From positions 13,392,001 to 13,456,000 of the forward strand of contig OX442314.1 of the NCBI GenBank assembly GCA_949358305.1: a DNA stretch of 64,000 bases, written 5' to 3'. The position numbers were made by a program, and so were the translations under genes. The stretch is from Strigamia acuminata. Lineage: Eukaryota. The notes under the pieces were generated by a model. That model searched no databases and was not told the origin of the DNA. It saw only the letters and a program-made list of their open reading frames with translations. Of the stretch, positions 53,773 through 64,000 are shown one piece after another (the first letter of the stretch is position 1; the number at the start of each line of letters is the position of its first letter).

Positions 53773-54030
53773 AAAAACACTAAACTTTAAATAAAAAATT
53801 AATTTATTGCAGGTTCACAAGGGTTAGAAAAGAAAATTTGCGTTAAAAGGTACCGGTACGCCAGGTGCATGTATGTTATGTAATGTGCACATCTTCACGA
53901 ACGTAGACTTTACGTATTTTTAGCGGTACTTTACATTTGCACTACCCCTTAGCGAAAATTTCGGTTTTAAACCCTAATGAACCTGGCAAATAAACTAATT
54001 TTTAATTTTTAATTTAATTTTTAGTGTTTT
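53773..54030. repeat. Old imperfect fold-back inverted repeat
   Basis: AAAACACTAAA...ATTTATTGCAGGTTCACAAGGGTT pairs with AACCCTAATGAACCTGGCAAATAAA...TTTAGTGTTTT. Confidence 0.55.
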
Positions 54031-57000
54031 AAATTCATTTTATTGCTTCTTTCATTAGAAAATTACATTTTTTTGAATTGTTTTAAAGTAGCGGAAATTG
54101 ATTTTCTTTAACTGTTTAGTCCGGAAATGCACCAAGAATTTAAAAATCACATATCCAGGCTAGCATGCAGTCAACAGACAATTAACTGACCATGTGTACA
54201 GAATTGTGGGAAGTATTCTGGGCAAGCTTTTACAGTTATCTAGTTCATACTATCTAGTTTACACGTTTTTAAACTAGATAATTTTATGCTACGTGCATTC
54301 GCACAAATATTTAGACCTAGATTCAAAAGTTAGACTATAGACAAAATATTCTGTTGCAAACAAGGTGTTAGTGACTTTTCGAATTTAGTTAGTTTGTATT
54401 TACCTGACAAAATGTTACACGACTGGAATTTGCTATTTCCCATTCATGTGTGTCCCTCCCGCCCACCTTTTTAATTCAAAAAAAAATTTCCACAAAAATT
54501 TTGGCTCTAAGAATGCTTAATATACAGTTTCTACTTTCTAGCTTACCGTTTGCAAAATTCGTTTTTCCGCCTCCGACTTCAAATTATTGCACTTATTCCT
54601 CCCCAAAGTGATCTCACATAACTCAACTTTGAAAGGATGTGCATCAAAATGACTGAAATAATGCTCATTTGTTCACTTCGTGTGACGAAGTAACCCATAA
54701 ATTTTTGACAACCATGTTGATTTCCATTCCAAAAAAAAAAATTCACTCAAAATAATGCACCACTGTAAAATTTCTTGGCAAGCAAACAAAAAGCCAAACA
54801 ATCACAAAAATAAATTAAAAAAATTAAATCAACAATGTCCATCCACATTTCCTGCTATTAAAATCCCAAAAGAAATAAAATATCTAGTAGCAGTTTGATT
54901 ACCACAGTCAATTATATTTATAGACTGTTTATTATCATCATGTTTGAAGTAATTTCAACACCCAGCAAAAAAAAAAAAAATATCAAACAAACAAACTTGG
55001 GCGGTCAATACCTAAGCCTGTGAAACGCAGTAACCACAGTAGAGTTGAATGATCCAGCAACGCCAACATGCCTCGCAACGCAAACCATTTATTTTAATTG
55101 GAATCCAAAACATAAAATCCGTGCACCTCCAAACATTGAATTTCTAATGTAATATTTTCCACTTTGCTTTTCAAGAGTAAGCAAGTGGAAAAAAAAATCA
55201 GGCTTCTTTCCGCTCCCCGCATAAAGGTCGGTAGCCACACGTGACATTTCCCCGGCCCCCGCTTGTTGCTCGCATCAGTAATAGAGCGAAGAGAGAATGG
55301 ATGCAGCTTCATAATCTCTTGTAATGGCTGTTTGACCTCGTGCACTCAACTTCGAGAGATGCGCACTATGTTCATTCATTCACGCATGCGTCATCCCGTT
55401 CAATTGATCGAGAGCCCAAAATAAAATGTTCATTAATCATTAACTCGGATCTAGCCTCAATTAAAACCGCCATTCGCCTCTCAACGCCTTCTAAATCAAA
55501 TTACAAATTTTGCAATCGACAATTACTCGACAAAAAAGGAGCTAAAAATAAAAAAAAATAAAAAAATGTTTACAAAATTATGAATACGACCCACGAATGG
55601 AGGCAACTCGATTCGCATCGTTTGCTTCCAGTTTACCAGCAAACAAAACCGTCCAATTACACCAAAACGTACAGGATGTCCGCGAGCCGACGTACCCATT
55701 TGAAATGTGTATAGAAAATAAATGGTTAGTACTGAGTACTGACTGCATCTGGATATATTTATCTTGTATAGAGAAACTCGCTATAAGTTTTAATTTTTCA
55801 CCAATACAACTTAATTTTACCGCAATTTTAATTTTGTAATTTTAAACTCCTAACCGAATTCTTGCAAAACCACGCAATTAAAAGCCTTGGGTTTTGGAAT
55901 TACTACACGTAGAAAACACAACATCCACAATTAAGAGTTTTGATTTAACTCATCACCAAGGATGCGCGATGTATCGACCACTGTACTGTGTTCACCACCG
56001 TGACTAATGCATTTCATCGCTCTAAATCTCAGGGAAGGTCAGTTGATAAAATTTATTATAAAAAAAAAAATAATAATATAAAAAAATCTGACAAAAACAA
56101 CACGATTCTCGTGAATACCATTTGCAGAATTTCTTTTACACAGAGGGAATTGAAGAAGTTCAAACTATTGATTCGTTGCTATTTTTAGAAAGAAAAAGAT
56201 AATACTCGGAGCTAAAAAAAATTATTGCACATACAAGTCTGCAGGATAACTCAATGAATCAACAATTTTTTTCCTTTCCTCTCTTCCTCGCCTTCCACCT
56301 GTCCACCACCACGAAAAAAAAAATTCATAGTACAACATCATTATCACACATCATTTTCCCCGTAAACTGACATACATTGTCATTTAAATCTTGATAGCCC
56401 AATCTGTAGTAATCAACAGGTAGTTGACAAGTCCTAACTCTTAACCCCTTTCATAACTCCAGAATAGAAGCCCCTCGAGTGGTTTTAAGGGTGAGAGATG
56501 GTAACAGCTGTTGCATAAAGCGCTGTAAAAATCGGCGCATTTAAACGAGTTCTTATAAAGATGTTCGGATGGTGTTAGATGAGATAGCGGAGCCCCATCA
56601 ACATTAAGCTTGGCTTTTCCGCAGTGACAAACAAGATGGTGTCAGCTGAAAAATCTGCTTTAAGTTGAACCCTCGTGCTCTTTAAGATTTTTCTAAGACA
56701 TTTCCGCCCGTCCAACTATTGATTTTCACTCCACTGGTACTTTCGCTGGGTGACTGGACACTGCTTGGTCCAAATACCCCTAATATTTTCTGCTCTATCT
56801 CCCTTTATGTTAGCCTTTCGCCCTATTTTGCAAATTCTAGCCCATGATTATATATCGCATTATTTTTTATATTGTTGAAAAGAAAAAAAAAATGTAAATT
56901 GTATGTCATTTTGTGAATATTCATGGAAAATATAAATTTGCCTGTATATGACCTCCAGACAAAACGGTTCCTTGAATTTCGGCTTCAACATGCATGGCAC

Positions 57001-57059
57001 GACTGTCCTCGGCGTTTTACTTTAGATCAATATACATTGCTCCACCTTCCGCCGTAAAA

Positions 57060-57354
57060 CATTTCCCCAGCGAATGAGTTCCTTTGCATTCAGTTTGTCC
57101 ATATACAATTGCTCCCCACTGTAAACAATGTTCACTATAAACTGATTTGCCTTTATAACACTGTCGCTCATCACCATAACGCTCTTTTAACTGAACGTTT
57201 AGCACTGATTTCATCTAACACTCCGTTTTTCTGGAATGAAATAACAACTTTAAGACGAGCAGGCTCGTATAAAATTCTTCACAAACGTTTGCTTTTTCTT
57301 CAATGTCCATTACTCCATTCTCACATTGAACGTAATTACCGGGTACGTCCATAA

Positions 57355-57413
<59 letters not shown>
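57060..57413 (+). mobile_element. Probable 3' end remnant of a LINE with (TAAA)n tail
   Basis: Frame of ORF 57109-57354 contains ISSNTPFFWNEITTLRRAGSYKILHKRL, resembling the LINE ORF2 terminal P.LWN.L...F K..L pattern, and is followed directly by ~15 TAAA units (~57353-57413). Confidence 0.45.
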
Positions 57414-57514
57414 AAAGCAAACAAGTTGTGTACTTCCTAAAATCCCCAACAGAGCGCGGCCTTCCACTGAGCTAGAGAGTAGTCTACCTGTTCAACCGAA
57501 GAAGCCAATATTCA

Positions 57515-57665
57515 GGCAAATCAACAACTCTAGCAAATCAGCTGCAAATCTGGCAAATCAGCTGCATATCTAGCGGATCACCTGCAAATCAGCCACAAAT
57601 GTAGCAAAATTTGATGCAAATCAACAGCAAATCTGGCAATTTTTGATGCAAATGTCAAATCTGTC
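57515..57665. repeat. Degenerate minisatellite, ~10-bp unit with GCAAATC core
   Basis: Repeated GCAAATCAGCT / GCAAATCTG variants. Confidence 0.75.
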
Positions 57666-60600
57666 AATCACAATTATCAAATCAGTAAATCAAGTTATTT
57701 GACATGCAATATGAGTGAATATTGCCAACTCGTGTTCAACGTCGGATCAAAATAGTTTTTTTACGTATGTTGTAAAAGAATAAAATTGAATTTGCAACTA
57801 CAAACACCGCCGTTCTGTGAGAATATTTAATTTGGTCATTACCGAACAACGTTTGTGTGCCACTCACCCTGTAAATTATTATTTTTAGTGCCAGACTTCG
57901 TTCCCTGGTTTGTTGTTTGTCTCTAGCTACTAAAACCCAATTAACATGCAAACATTTGACAAACATGCAATTCAAATTGCTGACAGAAAAAATAATAGTG
58001 CATCTAATTAAGCTTTTATTTGATCTACGGTGCATTTCCTTGAATTCTGACAGCACCTATTAAAACTTGAAGAAACTGTTTTGATGCGCCGATAAATCAA
58101 AGGCAGATTTTTTTTTATACATATTTATTTTTCTGGCCTTCTAACAGAAAAAAAATATTGTTACTTTCCCATTTCCTATCACGCCATTCAAAATTTGACC
58201 ACTTCCTCTCTAAACTTGTTATCAATTCGAACGACATGAAAAAAGCAGAACTATTTTTGTCAACAGAATTAGCAGATTACAACACAAATGCAAATATTTC
58301 TCCCCTGATCGTCGTAAGGCCTTGCCGAATAAAAATAACATGCAAACATATAAATAAACTGCAAAAAGTTAAGATTATTTTCGAAATATAACACATAATT
58401 GCAACAAAATAATCGAAAACACACTTAAACACATTAAATCATCTAGATTTTACACATGTGACACAATTCCACATGAAGATGCAAAAAAATGCAATTCTAG
58501 CAATATCATGTTTATTGCAGCTGACTGGACTGGCCATGATAGTTTGCAATGCAATAAAGAATTTATTTTATGTCATACAAGCAGGTGTATTGCGCTGACG
58601 GTGCTATAAAATGTATTGAAACAGAAACAAATAGGTACCATCAATATTTCTCCCCCAAAAATGGTAGTTGGAAAAAATGGGCGGCATGATATGTGTTTGT
58701 GATTCCCTAAAGCCTTTTGGTCTCGTATTATTTGCCCAAGTGGACATGGATCTTGTTCATACGAACTAAAACCACTTGGCATCAACTCTGTAATTGAGAG
58801 CTGAATCTTGCCAGTGCCAATTGTGTTCTTCTTTTCTTTTCTTTTAGAAGAGAAAATTGTATTTTCAATTCCAAATTGAAATGAAATATTTTTTAAGTTC
58901 CATCAGCTTCCTGTTATTGATGCAATGTGCTTGAATAGGATCAAAATACAAAAGGAACCAAAGTCATCAAAGAACTGATGCGTATCCATGTCAATAATAA
59001 ATAGACATTGAATAAACTTAGAAATTATTATTATTTCTTCAAGTTTTAGGTGTTTTTAGCAAATTTAAAATCTTAAAGTATCAAGAAAAATCATCAAAAC
59101 TTTAATCTTGAGGTTTAATTTGCATATTTAGAATGAAAAATTAAATCCTTGCTTACTTTTTGCAGCTTATACCTTCGTTTGGGGTTTTAAGCTGTTGCAA
59201 TTACGAATAAAGGAAGTCGAAAATTCATGAGCTTTTATTGCTATTTTATTTCTTTTTTTGTGAGATGTAATTAGCTAGAATATTGATTTCTTCGCATTCG
59301 AATTTAATGAAATTTAAATATTTAATGCAAAATGTCGTATGCTCTCAGAATATGAAATATTTCTGCTCATCCTTTATTGGATTATGTCTGAAGCTTCTTT
59401 CCTTTATCTTATTTTTTTTTATCATAAAAACCTGCAAGTGCCTTGGTGTAGAAGAAAAAGAAGAAAAATGTTTTATTTTATTTCCTTTGGATAGCAGGAG
59501 GGTCCAGTCAATGACAACTGTCACTTTTTGAGTCAAAATCAATCTCGAACTCATGATCTCATTGATATTCTCCACACAAACTTCACTTTTGACCGGATGT
59601 CAGTTCCTTCAGCTGACAAATGCAACCACTTCCAACTTCTTTCTAACACACACACACAAAGAAAGAAAGAAAAAAACACAAATCACGGCGCATAGAACCA
59701 GACACATCTACAGTCTGCTGCCACCTGCACTTTACCACTACTTTTTCAGATTAATTAACGTATACCTCGTTTCCACATAAAAAAAGGAAAAAAGGGACTA
59801 ACTCAGCACCTCAATTCGTAGGTCATCAAGGACCAAACGACGGGTCTGGAAGCTGCTTTCTTTCTAACCACAGATGTGAATTCGTATATCCGCCGTTTGG
59901 CAAGATATTCCAACATAAAAATCAAGTTGCTGAGTTAGTCTTCTCCTTGAAAAAGCAGTAAATTTTACTGGCAATACCACAAGTGCTGGCAAGACAGTCG
60001 AATATATTTGAATTGTCAACTTAAAGTGGTTACGGACACCAAAACAGAATGTCTGCCCACAAATTCCTCCATGAAGCATTGGTCAGCAGCAGTAGTGTTA
60101 TTAAATCATCGGGGCAGTTGCCACAGTTTTTCAACTGGTCACATTTGTACATCAACTTTAAATCCAGTCAAAGTTTGTGTTTGTATGGTTTTTGATGTTT
60201 CTACAAACAGCAAAAACAGAAGACAAAAAAACCGAACTACGGAGGTGTGAGATTGCTTCGTTTTTGTGTCACTGGAAGTGCGACCCCAAATATAGCTTTT
60301 ATTATTGTAAAAAACCAAAACAAAACATAAATACTTCAAAAACCACTCTATTTTTTGTTGTTGTTGTTTCTATTTTTTGGTGATGGTTTATGGATGCCCC
60401 CATTGACAAAAAAAAAACTTCCGTGCAGAACAGCTGATTGAACCTATTGTTTGTCTAATCATGAACCAAGAATATCATGGACACATCCATGTGTTATTTC
60501 CTATTGTTTCGTTGTTCTGTGCGCTGATTGGATGTCGGCAATCACATGTCATACATTGCTTGCCAACTAACTTGTAAACATATTTGTTACCTGATGTCAT

Positions 60601-62044
60601 CAGTGGCAAAACGCACTGAACATGTGGATACGTGTCCATATTATCCTTGGCTCATGATCTAATCATTTATCTTATTTATCAAACAATTTTACTCGTATGT
60701 CCTTGAACTTCCAGTTTCTTTGGTATTTAAACAGGTTTTTTATTAGAAGAAAAAAACAAGCTTTTCAGAAAAGTATGCATTTTATTTCTTTAATAACTAA
60801 GCACGTTGAAAGCCCTTTAATGCGTTTTTTGCTTCAATTTTGGAATGCTGATGCGACGGATAAATTCCATTCATCCACTTCGCTTCAAAGGTAAACTCAG
60901 GTTTAATTCCAGAAACGCAAGTAACATGACAATATTTCTATCGAAAACACACACAGTGCACCCAGCGTGTTTGTACACGATTTTCTACTATTTTTTATCT
61001 TAGTTCTACTACCTACAGTGCACACAATTCAACCTGCCGACGGCCGACTAAGTTCGACAAGCCCAATTCCTTCCTTTTAAAACTTTTCTCGTGCCGAAGA
61101 CGCATCTTTAATTGCGTACAGCCCGGCTTAAAAACCTGCCAAACGCATTATCCAACATAATGTACGATACGTGTGAAGGCATTGCTTCATTCATCCAACT
61201 CCTTGAGCCAATATCCGTTCCATGGTTTCTTTTCTCGACTGTCTACTCTAATACTAATAAGGATTCCGTTATCGGAGCTTCGCAGAGTCTGTCTCATTAC
61301 TCTTTTCCTTTTGTGAAATTATAACACAAAGAGTTTGAAGTTGGGTGATAGCAGTTACCACATATTAAAGCAGGTATCGCACTCCACTCTTTGTTTTCTG
61401 CTTTAATGACTCGTTTACTCGAATCTTATCATCACGTCGAAATTAGCCGCTAACTAATTTTACGGCCGGCCTTCAAAATTAGGCAGTAAAGTTCCAAACT
61501 ATAGGTCAATGGGTAATTATCTAAGATGAATCTTTAAGAGGAAATTTAAACAAAAAATTGCAACAAAAAAAATTTTTATTCTAGCTTGAAATTATAATTA
61601 TGCCTGAGGAAGAAGCTACACGAAAATTAATTGCTTTAAACTTGCCCATTTCTCTACACTGAAGAGGGCGCTTCTATTGTTTCAAAGCAACAATTAGGGT
61701 AGAGCTTTAAATTCGAGGGCGCTTCTATCCACTGCTGTAGTGGCCGTCATTTTTAGGCAAACTAATCCTTGTTAGTTTGATTTCTTGCACTCAGATTCGC
61801 TTTGTTAGCGCAAACTGAGCAGAGAACTTGACTCTATGGCATTAACAATTGTATTAGAAATCGGAGTTCACCGAGATCACGAAATGATCAGCGGCGAAAT
61901 GAAACGACCTCAAAAGTATGCCGTACACCTTTGGCTTTATGCAGTTCTGAAATGGGGGGTATGTACGATCTACTTTCGGCTTTTCTTATAATTACAGCAT
62001 TGCTTCTGTTACTTCTACTACAGGAACGCCTCTGTACCAATAAA

Positions 62045-62198
62045 CAGGGGTTGACAAATACCAGACGCCCAGTTACCATGGCACCTGAAAATTTATACTT
62101 GGCACCTGAATTTCTTAGCCTGTATTTGCAAAATAGATATGTTGGCTCCTGGGAAAAAGGGCTGGCTCGTATGTTGTTTTTAGTTTCGTTGACCCCTG
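62045..62198. mobile_element. hAT-like MITE, copy 1
   Basis: Termini CAGGGGTTGAC / TTGACCCCTG; 8-bp target duplication CCAATAAA / CCGATAAA. Confidence 0.75.
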
Positions 62199-62245
62199 CC
62201 GATAAATACAGCAGTACTTTTCTGTATCCCAACTATTTACAGCAG

Positions 62246-62549
62246 TACTGTCGGGTCATAAAAATCGCCCCAGTACAGCTTAAAGCTCACCTGCAGAATG
62301 AGCGTTTATGGTTGTATCCACCTGGTAGTGCAAAAACTTACTGATATGTTGTGACAAATTGACATTTACATGATGTCACTCAAACACCTGCACATTATGG
62401 GTTTAGATGATTGTGTGACATCATTTAAATGTCAATTTGTCACAACATGTCAGTGAGTTTCTGCACTACCTGGTGGATATAGCCAAAAACACTCATTCTG
62501 CAGGTGAGCTTCAAGCTGGACTGGGATGATTTTTATGACCACGACTGTA
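62246..62549. mobile_element. ~300-bp fully palindromic fold-back element (Tc1/mariner-like MITE)
   Basis: Two ~145-bp arms are reverse complements with scattered mismatches and almost no spacer; ends TA-CTGTCGGGTCAT / ATGACCACGACTG-TA. Confidence 0.85.
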
Positions 62550-62867
62550 GAGCACATTCAGGCATTTCAGACATTTCTGGCCGCCAGACATTCCTAGACT
62601 TAATTAAGAACTTAATTAGTCAGTTGCAACTCAATTCCTGAGGCCGATGTTAAATCGTGCTATTTTTCATAGATGTTTTCATTCTGCTCCTGCCCCTGCA
62701 TCATGCAAAGTTTTCATGTTCCTTTATGATTTGTTCAGTTTTGACAATCAACATTATTTTTGCTTCTGAAATGCCGCCTCTTAGTTTATCCTCCAGGTTT
62801 CACAAGTTTGCGGCAGGCATTTCTTCAGTTATAGTGTTAATTATAAATTTTCCGCCGTATTTATAGG

Positions 62868-62980
62868 CAGGGGTAGACAAATAGAGGGCACCTGATCGCC
62901 ACAGAGCCTGAATTTATTAGTCCATATTTGCAAAATAGATATGCTGGCTCCTGATTTATTTTCAGTTTTATCTACCCCTG
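62868..62980. mobile_element. hAT-like MITE, copy 2 (shorter)
   Basis: Termini CAGGGGTAGA / TCTACCCCTG; shares TATTTGCAAAATAGATATG-TGGCTCCTG with copy 1; imperfect target duplication TTTATAGG / TTAATAAG. Confidence 0.7.
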
Positions 62981-64000
62981 TTAATAAGACAATGGATTTT
63001 TAATAACAGAAAACTACCTACCGCAAACACTGTCATGTCTAATTTCCAATTATAAAAATTGTAAATTTAACATAAAAAAAAACACTTTATTGTAAAATTC
63101 CATGCATTATGAAAGCTCAGTTTAGTTGTCATGGATAGCAGTACTTATTATTAGACAAGACTCAATATTGGCATCACCCATGGAAAACCTCTATAGACTA
63201 ATGAAAAAATTAAATCTAGAAATTTAATTTGGGTTTCGCAGAAAATACATAAAATTTTCCCAATCCAATTACTTCCCTTTCAATACAAGACATTAAAAAA
63301 ATATAAAAACTCCAAAAACCAAAACATTAAAATAACAAAATAAAAAAAAATAAAAATCCTACATCACTTTAATGCGAAATGTTGCTGAACTTCCGCCCAA
63401 ACTCAAACTTAAATAAAGTCAGCAAATACTACGATAACACACTCGGATGTAATGAACTGGAAATATAATACAGCAAGAAACCTTCCGCCGAAATTGCAAA
63501 CAGCACATACGGTCAATCTAAAGGAAGCAAATGCAAATGCCAACCTCCTGCGCCCACGACTTGCAATTCTCCAATTCCCAAGCATGTGTAATCTATTCGC
63601 TCGGGACTATCTAAACCTACAGACGTCAGGTAGTGTTTCGTTCATTTAAATTAATCACTCGCGCTTTATCGTAGGGAAAATGAGTCGCATTACCCGAGAA
63701 AATCTACATTAACACATACTTTCGTGAAACAATGTAGTTTCCACAATTAACACAATGGAGGATAACTTAGCAACTTGGAAACATAACAGTTGGCTTTTCA
63801 GTTTCACTAATTACATAAAACTTCATTTATGGTATGTAACATACAAATACATATAAATTTACAATATGTAAAAATCCACACAAGGATAATTATCTAATGG
63901 AGTGGAAAGCAAATGCTGCAGTAGACATTGGTTAGTTTGGCATTTTTGCCACTTTCATTAAAATTCAGCTTTAAAGGGTAATGTGCATGTGTCACCGTCG

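Noticed and set aside
55094..55345. ORF containing GFYV as a candidate missing PLC exon
   Set aside because: Lacks the surrounding VD..GF.LYW pattern and a suitable donor; ends in a stop.
57515..57665. Short repeat array as a CRISPR-like structure
   Set aside because: No unique spacers, eukaryotic context, no cas genes; it is a minisatellite.
61888..62344. 114-aa and 137-aa ORFs
   Set aside because: They run across two unrelated MITEs and have no recognisable protein features.

Overview
AT-rich eukaryotic (arthropod-like invertebrate) genomic DNA with mostly ~55-100 nt introns; the ORF track is almost all exon fragments or spurious ORFs. 1-9 kb: a cluster of six retinol dehydrogenase 11/12/13-like short-chain dehydrogenases (three intact on -, one intact on +, two pseudogenes). 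9.5-23.6 kb: a complete 29-coding-exon phospholipase C beta 4 / norpA-type gene (-). 26 kb to probably beyond 64 kb: a second, PLC beta 1-3 / Plc21C-type gene (-) directly upstream in the same orientation; I could not find its first coding exons in the window. The large 5' introns hold many short non-autonomous DNA transposons (hAT-, Harbinger- and Tc1/mariner-like), fold-back palindromes and LINE remnants. Most notable: the tandem PLC-beta pair matching the vertebrate PLCB1-PLCB4 arrangement, a U12-type intron in norpA whose equivalent in the paralog is U2-type, a GC-AG intron, precise intron loss in one SDR paralog, and a complex alternative-splicing region in the Plc21C-like C-terminus. I found no convincing wholly new system. 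All gene models and family assignments were made by eye, without alignment or database searches.
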